A program made the translations under genes and the position numbers. A stretch of 59,227 bases of DNA, counting the filler, from Sphacelaria rigidula (lineage: Eukaryota), in assembly GCA_964200075.2 (NCBI GenBank). It is 5 parts of 5 records of this genome, joined end to end, with 100 filler letters (N's around TTAATTAATTAA, not from the genome) between each part and the next. Parts side by side here need not be neighbours in the genome. Positions count along the whole stretch, not along the records: positions 35,599 to 47,363 come from CAXNAA020004533.1; positions 47,464 to 59,227 come from CAXNAA020004534.1; 3 more parts are not named here. One strand, given 5' to 3'. Below, one piece after another: positions 38,149 to 50,179 of this stretch (the first letter of the stretch is position 1; each line of letters opens with the position of its first letter). The notes under the pieces are model-generated. The model had not been told where the DNA came from. It did not search any database and worked only from the letters and a program-made list of their open reading frames with translations.

Positions 38149-39056
38149 TTACGGCATGAAGTTGGAATCGCACATATATATTGAAGTTGGCGTTGCCGAA
38201 GAGTTCTGAACCTGAACAATAGCACCCAAAGAAGACAAAACGGCTGCACAGCCGTCACGTTACTTTTCCAACCTTTTTCAATAGCATTTTGTTCCCACCC
38301 ATCTGTACGGACCGGACCACCGGCGGTTCAGTATCTCGAGCAATCTCCAGCTTAGATTAGATCGTTTTCGAAACGATTCAAACGCACTACAGACAGTACG
38401 TACAACAACTGCAGGACGTGAATGATGGACGTGGGCACAAATTGCGTTGTTGGTTTTACAAACAACACAACGCATCCAACACACCATGATGGGAGCGTTT
38501 TCGGCAGTGTCTAGACTTGTGTGCTGACCGGGACACAACAACAGTACTGCAGTTCGGGCAATCCTTAGCGCAGATCAAATCGTCTTTACAGGGCATCACA
38601 CTACCTGTCAGCTACAGGACAGGATTGCTGGCTCCGCGCACCAAGGACCTTGTCCCTTTGCGACGTTGCGAAAGATACGACATCCAACAAACACATACTG
38701 TAGAGCATTTTCAACTTTGACAAGACAGCACTTGCCTGCCGACAGCACTTGTTCGTGACACAAAAGCAGTACAGCAGCTCAGGTAATTCCAGCAGAGACC
38801 AGACAGCTTTGGCAACATCCAAACACACGATTGTGCAGTTAAAGTGCGACAGTTAGGGATGCGAATCGCTCACAAAACGTATAGGAAATCTTCCCCAAAA
38901 AGTGTGCTGGCTCTTGATGGACAAATCAAGCTAGCCAGTCAGAAACAAAGGATCCGTCCGGTCGGTTCCAAGAAAACCCGGAAGGGCTTCTGCGCAGATC
39001 TCACACTCTGCCGCAGCTGCATTCATCATGGGCGTACTGATGATTCATTTTTCAAG

Positions 39057-39960
39057 TGAAGATTATTCCGATGCAAATGACGACCCTAGGGGACAAAGCC
39101 AAATTAGAACAGAGAGTACAACAGCAGTACAATGCAGGACAAAAGCTGTGTGGTATAGACAGTACAGTGCAGTGTTGTCTTGTCTCTCCCCCTGCTGACT
39201 TCCTCCCCTTCCTAGATGGGCACCATAAATTATCAGACTACCCGAAATCTTTGAAAAGCGTTGAACCCATGCGCCTCCACCGCGGGTCACCTGGGTCTTA
39301 CATTCATGTTTCAAGTCAAAATTATGCCAATGCAGAACAGATTACTCTCCCTGAAGGGAGCTGTGTAGATGGGCGAAGCCGAACAAGGCTCAATACAGCA
39401 CAGGACAATTCAGGACGATGCAGAACAGTACAGTTCAGGAGAGCGTTGTCTCCTCTCCGCCTCCTCCCTTCGTTCCTCCCTGTTGCTCCCACCATCTATG
39501 GTCATTACCAGGTGAACCAGATTACAAAAAACCTGTTGGGAGCGGAAACTCGTCCTGCCCCCAGCTCTGGAATCGAACCCTTGGACCTCCACAATCTAGG
39601 TCTTGTGCTCATCTTTCGAGTCAAAATTATGCCAACGCACAACAGATGACTCGCCGTGAAGGTGGTAATATATAGATGGGAAAAGCCGAAAAAGGCACAG
39701 CAGTACAATGCAGGGCAATGCAGTACAATACAGTACAATCCAGTTCAGCAGAGTGTTGTCTTCTCTCTCTCCCTCCGTGCGTTCCTCCTCACTGCTCCCA
39801 TCATCTATGGGTATCATCATGGACCAGGTTGCAAGAAACATTTGGAGAATATGAACTCGTCCTGCCGCCAGCTATGTACGTGAACCCTTGGGCGTCCATG
39901 GTCGACAATCTGGGTCCCTTTCATATTTCGAGTCAATTCATTCCAATTCAGTATATGTGA
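39057..39960. repeat. About three diverged tandem units of 260-310 bp
   Basis: Recurring gtcaaaattatgccaa (39315, 39620), cagtacaatgcagg and ccatc...tatgg blocks. Confidence 0.7.
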
Positions 39961-41454
39961 ACACAACCCTGAAGCCGCATACAAGTAGCAGCGCAGAGAT
40001 GATCTACAGCGGGCAGGCCACATGTGGCGGTGAAGGTGGACTCTGCATAACCAAGGAAGAGAAGAGCACACGACAATCACCATGATGTTGTCTGTTCCAG
40101 TACACACCACGCTCTCTTACATGGGTCCCCAGAGCGGCTGGGTATACAAGCAGCAACGCTTCTCTGTTACTAACTTGTCGGACTGCACCACACACGGACA
40201 TACTTTTACGAAACCGAAAAAGTTACTCCGGCTCAGACCTCTCCTACCTTCTCGCCTCCACTGTCCCGTCTGCGTGTATTTCTTGTCATTTGCTCTTATC
40301 AGGGACCGTGGTTTGTTAGGGAGAGTCCCTCGATAGGCCGGCTAAATCAGAGACGATCTCGTCGATCACGACTGCGATTTGAATGCTGTTTTTTGCGGTG
40401 TGTGCTTGAAATCACAATACATGTTCTGATGACTTCGCTTTCCGGGAACCTCCCACGCTCGGCAGACCAGGCGGCAAAAAGTATTTTTTTTGCAGAGTTT
40501 GAGCGAACGCTACAAGAGTTGAGAAGAAAGCAGCTCATCTTGCAATGCGTGTCAGGGGTGTGGACGTGTATGTGGCGCCTGAACAGGAAGGACGTCGCTT
40601 AAACGCACGATTTGTCCGTTCTGATGATGTTTTCTTTAATCAAGTGTATCCACATGGAAAAAAGAAAACGAGGATGAGTTGTCTATGGTTGATAAAATTC
40701 CGTCGAACAGCCTGACAAAATTCGGGGGCTAACACCCCCCCCCCCGATTCGCGCCCCTAGCAGTCAGGTGCAGTAGACGAGAGAGCTAGTCTGCGTGTGC
40801 TGTAGTACAGTAAAAACTCGGCAAGTCCCAGTTTACTTCTTGTGACAAATTCTAAACAGGTCCCCAAGCGTTTAGAATCGTCCCCCAATTCCGAGCGCTT
40901 GGTCGGAATTTAGCAATTTTGTGGATCTGTTCAGAATTTTGGGGGCCTAAAATCTTGACGATTTTGTTCCATGAGACCGACTCTTATGGGAGCCGTTCAG
41001 ATTTCTTTTTTTCGAAAAAACAGGTGGTCACAAAACCCACCATCATGGAACAAAGTCGTCAAGATTTCGACCTCCAAAATTCTGAACGGACCCCAAAAAG
41101 TGCAAAATTTTGGCCAAGCGTTCAGAATCGGGTGACGATTCTGAACGCATGAGCATCTGTTCAAAAGTTGGCACAAGAAGTAAAATGGGACATGTAATGT
41201 TTTGTTGTACAACAGCGCACGCAGATGACTCTCTCATGTGCTGCATCTGTCTCTGCGCGATCGTGTATTTAAACCTTGCCAAACCTGTCTGGTATCTGCT
41301 AGATTACCTGAGCTGCTGTACTACAATTGCATTCCGAACAACTGCAGCTGGCAGGCAGTGCTGTCTTGCCGAAATTAAAAATGCAATGTTGCTGACACGA
41401 GGTATAGAAGTCACGTGACTATTCATGGGCGCACAGCTGGTTTCCATCGCCAGC

Positions 41455-41780
41455 AGTAGCCACGCTGGCTTTAATCCCATCGCCAGCAGTATGCACGCAT
41501 GCGAGACACACTCGTCGTGCACAGCTCCCACAGAGAGGTGCACACAGCTATATCTCCCAGCACTTCGCCGAGTGAGCAAGCATGGGCCCATCGGCGGGTA
41601 GTACGGACTAGCGCTTTCCAGCACGGTGGCTATCACGCGCAAGGTGAGTGGGCGTTGTCGCATGATCGAAACGCGGACCGTCTCTCGCACGAGGAAGAGC
41701 GGCAACAGCAGCAACAGCAGCAGTATTGACACCGCTTGATTGAGACCCACCCCCAACCGTACACATCTACTGGCAGTAAA

Positions 41781-41811
<31 letters not shown>

Positions 41812-42525
41812 ATGCTCTTTCTCCTTTTCGTGTGGTAGACGCGGCTAGTGTTTCGACCCGTAACAATGTCCACCACCCGGCGCGTTATTGCCTGTGTGTG
41901 TGTGTCTGTTGTCGTCCCATTTATTCTGGGCGCCTGTCTACCCCTTTCGGGATATGTGGGCGCATGAGCCGGGGTGGTCACACAGGAGGAAGGTCAACAC
42001 AGGAGCTTTTTCTTTCCTACTTGTTTTTAATACCCCACCTTCCTTCTGTCTCTACTTAGAATCAATTGTCGTTGTCACCCCCACTGCATTTTCAGTACGT
42101 ATCACTTGTTTTTCCTGTAGTGGACGCTGGCTTTATTCGCATCACCAGCCATAACAACGCGTGTGAGACACACTCGACGTGCACAGCTATCACATAGAGA
42201 TTCGCACTGCTATTTATCCCAAAACTTAACCGAGTAAGGAAGCATGGACCCATCGGCGCGTAGTACGGACTAGCGCTTTCCAGCACGGCGGCCATCATGG
42301 GCAACGTGCGTGGGCATTGTCGCACCATCAAAACGCGGACCGTTTCTCGCCCGAGGAAGAGCAGCAACAGCAGCAACAACAGCAGTATCGGCACCGGCTG
42401 ATTCAAACCCACCCACAGCCGTATATATCCACTGGTAGCAACGCTGCTGCTGCTGCTGCTGCTGCTGCTATTGCTTTTTCTCCTTCTCGAGCGGGAGGCC
42501 GCCCGCATTTCGACCCACGACAATG
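41455..42525. repeat. Direct duplication (~41455-41880, ~42122-42525), each copy with (CAG/CAA)n then (GCT)n tracts
   Basis: Shared tagtacggactagcgctttccagcacgg, gaggaagagc and microsatellites. Confidence 0.85.
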
Positions 42526-42953
42526 CCCATACACTCTTGAGCGTGATTGCAGCCCTGCCTGAGGTCGCTGGTCTATTCGTGTGCTGTTTTCGTCATGACA
42601 TCACTCGTCGTCTCGTCGTCCCCCCTACATTGGAACGGCGTGTGATTTCTCGTGAAAATGAATTTGTGAACCGTCACGTCACCATCACTATATACCTGTA
42701 TCACGAAATGATTATCACCTTCCTTGTTTCGTCAAAATGACGCCTTCTGATATATATCTTCTTGGGGTGCTGTTGTAGAGATGCACACTTCCTAGGTCAC
42801 GCCAACTTAAATATCCATGTGCAACTACAAATACTAGGCCATATTAATGTCAATTTTGACCCCGAACCAGAATCGTGGCGGAAAAAAACGCGTTTGAAAT
42901 TCTTGGAAAATACATTTTTGAACGACTCCCATAGGAGTTGGCCTAAGGCCTTA

Positions 42954-43132
42954 GGCCAACTCTTATGGGAGCGTTTGTAATTTTATTTTGCAATAATTTT
43001 AAACGATTTTTTTTCTTTTTCTTTGCCGTGGTTGTGTATTTTGTGCCCGTTCACCATGATGACAGAGAAAAACAAAAACTCCTCTGAAATTGTTGCAAAA
43101 TAAAATTACAAACGCTCCCATAAGAGTAGGCC
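42954..43132. mobile_element. Tourist/PIF-like MITE, short variant
   Basis: Same TIRs; flanked by TTA and TAA. Confidence 0.85.
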
Positions 43133-43212
43133 TAATGAACGTTTTTGTGAACACCCGTTCTTAATTGCTTTGGAATAAAATCTGAACGGCTGCCATTGGA
43201 GTTAGTCTATAA

Positions 43213-44260
43213 CAAGAGGTATCTCAAACTCGAGATTCCTTGTATGTTGAACTCGAGATTCCCGGTATATATTTTCTAGCAATTTACAGTCCAATATATC
43301 AGGAACCTTGACTTTGAGATGCCTCTAATAACGAACCCTATAAATAATACGAATACAAAACAGGCGCCAACGAATGCGGATAGGTGGGCTGAGTGGGTTT
43401 CTGCGCAACAGTTCGAAAAAGTCTGACAATAAGGACAAAAGAAGAACGAAGTAAGAGGTATCTCAGAGTCGAGATTCCCGGTGTATTTTTCTAGCAATTT
43501 ACAGTCCAATATATCAGGAACCTCGACTTTGAGATGCCTCTAATAACGAACCCTATAAATAATACGGATACAAAACAGGCGCCAACGCATGCGGGTGGGT
43601 GGGCTGAGTGGGTTTCTGCGCAGCAGTTCGAAAAAGTCTGACAATAAGGACAAAAGAAGAACGAAGTAAGAGGTATCTCAGAGTCGAGATTCCCGGTGTA
43701 TTTTTCTAGCAATTTACAGTCCAATATATCAGGAACCTCGACTTTGAGATGCCTCTAATAACGAACCCTATAAATAATACGAATACAAAACAGGCGCCAA
43801 CGCATGCGGGTGGGTGGGCTGAGTGGGTTTCTGCGCAGCAGTTCGAAAAAGTTCAACAACAAGGACAGAAGAAGAGCGAAATAAGAGGTATCTCAGAGTC
43901 GAGATTCCCGGTATATTTTTCTAGCAATTTACAGTCCAATATATCAGTAACCTTGACTTTGAGATGCCTCTAATAACGAACCTTATAAATGATACGAACA
44001 AAAAGCAGGCGCCAACGCAAGCGAGTGGGTGGGCTGAGTGGGTTTCTGCGCAATAATTCGATAAAAGTCTCAACAACAAGGACAAAAGAATAACGAAATA
44101 AGAGGTATCTCAGAGTCGAGATTCCCGGTATATTTTTGAGAAATTTACATATTTATCAGGAACCTCGGCTTTGAGATATCTTAATCATGATCTTTAAAAG
44201 TAATACAAATACCAAACAGGCGCCAGCGCATGCAGCTGGGTGGGCTGAGTGGGTTCAGCG
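43213..44260. repeat. 215-bp tandem repeat, ~4.8 copies
   Basis: taagaggtatctcagagtcgagattcccgg recurs at ~43452, 43667, 43882 and 44098; near-identical ORF-track peptides 215 bp apart. Confidence 0.95.
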
Positions 44261-46048
44261 GGTTAGGTTGGTTGGGTTGGAAGGGTTAGCCGGTGTTATG
44301 GGTGGGTGTTGGTGGACCTATGCCCTCCGATTTGAGCATATACTGTGTTTGTAAGGCAGGGTTAGCTGGGTGTCTCTGTCGGCCATCCGATTTCAAGCAT
44401 CTGCTTTTCGTGAGGTTTGGTTGACTGGGTTGGTCGATTAGGTTGGTTGGATGCATGGGAGTCTGTGCCCTCCGATTCGAGCATACTGTGGGTTGGTGAG
44501 AAGGTTTTGGTTCAGATTGTAACTGTTGTTGTTGTTGTTGTTGGAAAAGTGAAAAGACGACCGCAATTTGGCAAGGAAAACGACCCCAAACCATTAAATT
44601 TGCAAGTCTGCAAGCAATCGGGCAGTCTAGCTTTATCATCAATCTGGAGTATTCTAGAGTAAATTTAGTTTTCCCCATATCAATTTAACGGATGTCGACG
44701 CTACTTCGGGATACTTGCCGGTGCTTGCTCTGCAAACCATTATACTGCTGTTGTCCCTACTGGCTGAATGGTATGTTGGTTTTGTACGCTCTCCGTGTCT
44801 GAGTCTGAACAGGTGCTTGTACTGCTTTTTGCATGTGAAGTCCGCGGAGACAAACGGTGCAGGGAAAGTGAAAGCGCATATCATGGGTGACTCTGCGTAG
44901 AGTAGCGGCGTCCTCTGGATGCATGTTGGCTGAGGGTCATGTGCAGATTTTTGTCAACGAAGTTTCCGATCGGGTATATATACAGCCTACATCATGTGTT
45001 CTTGACAGCTTGTCGTTCGCAGCGGGTTCATCATTGCCGTAGCAATTCAACCTGTAGGGACTAACTTCTGTACGTACTGTAGCAAGATATACACGCTATG
45101 GCTGTCCTCATCCTTTCAGGCCTGTCTGCTGGCGCTACATAATCGTGCATCATTGGCGCATCCTGATGATGTGTCGTGTACCTCTGTCCTGTACATGCAT
45201 GATGGCCGCGGGTGATGTACGGACGTGTTTCATCGAGACCAAAAAAAAGGCGGGAGAAGAATCGAACGAGGCAGCTTGCTGGCCCACAACGATCACTTTG
45301 TGTCCTGACGAGGATTCACAAAACTGGCTTTCTGGGAAGAGCGGTGATTCTCTCCGCATTGGACGCAAGCGGAGATAGGTCTGGAGATCTCGGCAAAATG
45401 AACATGTACCGAGATAGAAACAAACTTCACGACGAGGTTATCAGTTTACCGCACCTCAAATCGGCGCGCCGATTTAGACAAAAATACGCCTGTCGCGCAC
45501 GCTATGAGCACGGCACTCCCATGAAAGAGCCGGATTTACACCATACTGAAATCAAATACGGCCACAAACCCCGAATAAACACGACATCCACGGCACAAGT
45601 GCAGCACGACTGGTGCTAGCTCTCTGTTTCACGGGGAATCCGTCAGGCGACTTGATTCAATGACGAAAGTTTGAAAGAAGTAGTGGTTGAAGTATGTACA
45701 GTACAAGGGTGTGTCCTATTGAAACAAGGAGAAGCGCACGAAACAAACTTCCAAAAGCAGCACGTTGAGTGATCGCCGGGCGTGTTCATGGTTGCGGCGA
45801 CTCACCGATGTACTGCAGTGTTGAAATTCGTGTATCGAAATATCGAGTATCAGTCGCGATTTTCGGCAATTCACAGTATCGGAATCGCGAGCTGAATAGT
45901 GAGCCGATACTTCCGATATGCAAACTGGCTCTGTCGGGGACCCTGCCTGCAAAAAAGGGGAGGGGGTACGTAGGGCATTCACGTCACCGCCCCCCCTCTT
46001 TCTTGCAAAAATGACCCTTCAAAACAGCAAAAAAGGCCCAGGAACTAA

Positions 46049-46220
46049 GGCCAACTCTTATGGGAGCGTTTAGAATTTTATTTTGCAATAATTTTAAACG
46101 ACTTTTTTTTTTCTTTGCCGTAGTTGTGTATGTTGTGCCCGTTCACCATGATGACGAAAAGAAAAACTCCTCTGAAATTGTTGCAGAGTAAAATTTCAAA
46201 CGCTCCCATAAGAGTTGGCC
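46049..46220. mobile_element. Tourist/PIF-like MITE, short variant, perfect TAA TSD
   Basis: TAA|ggccaactcttatgggagcg ... cgctcccataagagttggcc|TAA. Confidence 0.9.
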
Positions 46221-46272
46221 TAAAAAACCGATTTTTTGGCAATTTTTCCGAGTATCTACACAAACATGGATA

Positions 46273-47010
46273 CAGTAGTGGTCCCGGTTTAGCGGTGACC
46301 TGATTAGCGGATGGTACCGATTTAGCGTCAAAAGGTCGGCTGACACCGTTTCTTCCCGGTTTAGCGGTTGCATAACCGCTAAACCGGACGGTGACGGTTT
46401 TAGCGATTATTTAGGGCGGTTGAATCCGGAGTAGCGGAGTTCCACAGTACTGTACTGTACTGTATTGTACCGCTGTACAGCGGCATTGCAGCAGCAGTAG
46501 TTGTCGAGCCGCTGCTGCTGTAGATGAGCGACACAAACAGCTGCTGTAAACACACGACACAAACATCTGCTGCAAACACACGACACACACAGCTAGCTAC
46601 ATACAGCACTGCGAGTGGCAGCTACCCGTTGAAACCATGCCCTGCGCAGCATTAAAGTTCTCCAAGTTTCCCAATACAGGAAAAATTTTATGGACGCCGA
46701 GGCTCTGACGCAACATGCGAAGGAAGCGTTTCTTGAGCTGGTGGACGACACCCAAGTTGAGGACATCGACACTTCTGACGACGAGCTAGACTCCCAGGAC
46801 GTTAAAACTGCCGGACAAGAGTTGTCGATGGCGCCACCGCCGTACTCGGATATCTCGTCGCTTTTTGGGCAGCTAGAGCAGTACGCAGAGTCGTGGTATC
46901 GGAGAAGCAGGGTTCCATCTTCGCAAGGCGAACATGTCTTTTCTTGCGGCGTACGCTTCTAGACCAACAAAGCAGACAGACATCAGGACCATAATTTCCA
47001 AGTCGTAGTC
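46273..47010 (+). mobile_element. Internally deleted pogo/Tigger-like (Tc1/mariner) element
   Basis: TA|cagtagtggtcccggtttagcg end with repeated ttagcgg; acidic C-terminal remnant ending ..ASRPTKQTDIRTII, like pogo-type transposase tails. Confidence 0.5.
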
Positions 47011-47363
47011 GATACTGCTCTTCACCCGATGCACAAGATTTGATTGAACATATTGCTTCGTTGCGTTTTGCTCAAGTATACAGTACTGGACTCGTGATAG
47101 CAAGAGGACTTGCTGTAGCATACAGCAGTAGAAGGGGTCTCCAGCAATTGTGGTGTGCAAGTATCAGGATGGTGAAATGGTGTGAGCCAGGTGGGGTGTA
47201 CTCATGATGATGCATGCCTGAGCCAGGTGGGGGGGGGGCAGAGTTTCCTTCATGAATTTTCTTACTTCGAAGTGCAGCAGTAATGCTGTACAGCAGTACA
47301 GCACCGGCCCGCTAGTAAGAAACTGAAAAATCGGCCTGAGGCTAGGTTTCTTATTTTCCTGGG

Positions 47364-47463
47364 NNNNNNNNNNNNNNNNNNNNNNNNNNNNNNNNNNNNN
47401 NNNNNNNTTAATTAATTAANNNNNNNNNNNNNNNNNNNNNNNNNNNNNNNNNNNNNNNNNNNN
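47364..47463. other. Artificial contig spacer
   Basis: N run with TTAATTAATTAA. Confidence 0.99.
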
Positions 47464-49438
47464 AACTCATGGAAAAAAAAAAAAATGGTACTTCAGTAAA
47501 TTTTTTTCTTATGCCCTATGCACTGTCCATACCAAATTTCAGGGCCCAACTCTAAATGTATAAAAGAGCATGGGCCTGCAAACTTTAAATCCGCCTCTAG
47601 GCTGGCCCAGCTCGTATCTACTACGCCTTGGTGTATTTTGGCTACAGATGCCAATTCAGGAGATAACCTCCCCTCGCGATCAAAGGGATAAGCATCGAAA
47701 GATTCACGGGAAAAAGGACGGGGAAGCCACAGTTCCTCAGGTAACAAAAGTCATTTCAATCATGTGGGCATAGTTTAGAAAATCGAACTGTTTTGTTTCT
47801 ATAGCTGTTACGAAATTCGGTGTATAACATGTTGTTACCGTGGGTGACCTCTCTGCAGACGGGAGTCAGTAGTGAAGAGCAACGAAAGCTCCAGTTTGCA
47901 GTATTGACGCACCCCTCTATACCACGCTAGCATCAGTCAGGTCACCACCATAGGAATTTTTTTTCACTTGACATGCCAAGAAGGTCTCCACAAGTGTTTG
48001 ATCTCTCTCTCACACACACCCCAACTAGCCTGTGGCAGGCTCTTGCGGTCGGGCGCCACGATGGTCAGCAAAGGCTATGATATTATACTATAATACTGTA
48101 TAGTGTCATAGCCTTCGATGGTCAAATGTATCAGGGTAAAATCAACGATGAATAACACCCCTCAAGTTAAAATTAGATCATCTGTTATTTTTGCTGCAGC
48201 GCATCGTTTTTGATGGGATGTGTTTGACAGAGAACAGTAGTAGCGGTGACGGGAACATTACCCTGTTTGTTAACGACATGTTTTTCCACGCACAGAGGCG
48301 CGTCTTGTCCAAAAAGAGAGGCAGAGAGAAATCGATCTTCGCATTGGTGAGCTCCACAGACAAGAAGAGACGAAATCTCTCCGCAGCTCGATGTTCTTTG
48401 GGGGGCTGTGCGCAGCAACATAGTGACATCCCTACCTGTACATGAGAAATTGGGTACATGCTGGCAACGTCCATGATGCCAGTCTCTCGAGCGATTAGTA
48501 ATCGTCGAGCGCGGACACAGAAAGGACACGGGCGAGGAGCTTCCTCTCTGTCGTTACTTCTCTCTCTCTCTGGTGATATCGTCATCGACACGCGTGTACA
48601 ACGCATTCGTTCGGTGAACCCAGCCACAACTGATTCACCGTTGCAGAGTTTCCCAGCATACACCACCTGTATGCGTTTTCGCGCTGGTCACAGTTTCTTT
48701 CTTGCCCAACTTGCACTGCAGTATGCATCTTGGAGACAGATCATTTACCTCCAGCAGACGTTATTAGGTGGCCTCTGTCCACCGGTCATTCATCTCGCAC
48801 GCTCGGAGACTGGTCAAGTCCGAAAAAAAAATGCGAGATTTGTCTGGACTTGACCAGTCTCATAGAAAAATGAGCGGTCTTCAAGGAAAAGGCGAAGTTG
48901 GCCAAAACTACAGTAAACTGCGGCAAACGGGAGAACGTATACCACCTGGTGCAGCACTGGAATCAACCGTCCCAACGAAGTAGTACAGCAAGGCATTCCA
49001 AATTATTGTCAAAATCCACCAAGCTGTCTTTCATGGCGTAAAACGACGTTGAAGCTTGACAAAGGCGTCTCTTCTCTGGATTTTTATTTTTGCCTGCCAT
49101 ACTGTAATAAGGAGCGGTTAATATGAAGGCTCCCGACGTTCATCCTCGAAAAAAATCCATCCTCAATCTGTCAGATCAACTGTTGGTCAAGTTAATGCCT
49201 TACACTAGTATTAGTAGTACAATGTGATATCTAGCTGAATAGAGTAGTAGATACCACGTACAAGAAAGAGCACTACAGAACATCTACTGGTGAACATCAC
49301 CAGTGTTTTCGACCGCGGACCTGATGAGGCGGACGAATATGATGAAGAATCAAAAGACGCTTGTCCATGTGTGAGGTAAGTTACCCCGCGCGTAGATCAC
49401 TCTTTTCTTCTGTCCCTGTGCCCAAAACAACAACACAG

Positions 49439-49452
49439 CTGCTGTGCCAGAG
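49439..49452 (+). CDS. Predicted 14-nt micro-exon (coding or 5'UTR) of the His-rich gene
   Basis: Pyrimidine tract then caacaCAG|ctgctgtgccagag|GTGAGA; its phases link the exon ending at 49375 (GTAAGT donor) to 49672. Confidence 0.45.
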
Positions 49453-49671
49453 GTGAGAAAGACGTCGAGCATGTACACGCTGGCATTGAAGCGTGCTTTG
49501 TACTATATTCATCCCTCGTCCTTGATTGTACTTACCACGATGAATGCTGTTGTAATTATATCGCCATGCATGTTCATGTACATCGACCTTCATTTTGTTC
49601 TTTGTTCCAAACTTCCAGACTCGCCCATGTTGTGTTCGTCTCGCGTCCCCCCCGTCTTACGTTCCGGACAG

Positions 49672-50179
49672 CAAAGAGCGCGTACGACAGGATGTCTGAT
49701 TTCTATGAGCACAACGAGGACGAAGAGCACCACGGACACCACGGGCACCCCGGGCACCATGGCCATGGAGGCCGTCATGGCCACGGAGGTCCCCACGGCC
49801 ACGGAGGTCCCCATGGCCACGGAGGTCGCCACGGCCACGGAGGTCCCCATGGCAGACATGGGCATGGTGGGCACGAACAGCATGAATGTGAGGAAGGTGA
49901 GGAAGGTGAAGGGCATGGTGGTCACCGCTGGGGTCATCATCATGGAGGAGAAGAAGAAGAAGGAGGAGGAGGAGAGGGAGAAGGGTACGGTGGTCACGGC
50001 GGAGGAGGAGGGTACGGTGGCCATGGCGGAGGTGGAGGGTACGGTGGTCACGGCGGAAGTCATGACGCAGATGGGCCCGTTGATGTCTCAAGCTGGAATT
50101 TCCTCAGGAGAGGCGACAATCTTCCTTCGCCGTACCTGGTTGGTCCCATCGTTGGGACTGTTACGGAAACTGATGCGCG
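49672..50179 (+). CDS. His/Gly/Glu-rich exon leading into a PhoD-like (alkaline phosphatase D) N-terminus
   Basis: MSDFYEHNEDEEHHGHHGHPGHHGHGG(R/P)HGH... (18-bp repeat), GYGGHGGGG repeats, then YLVGPIVGTVTETDA; phase-2 GTGAGT donor; ATG at 49692. Confidence 0.75.

Noticed and set aside
11767-47463. Four regularly spaced TTAATTAATTAA motifs
   Set aside because: Artificial all-frame-stop linkers between length-sorted contigs; no linkage can be inferred across them.
49321-49340. CTGATGAG hammerhead-like core
   Set aside because: No GAAA with paired stem II or flanking helices; it lies in a probable exon.
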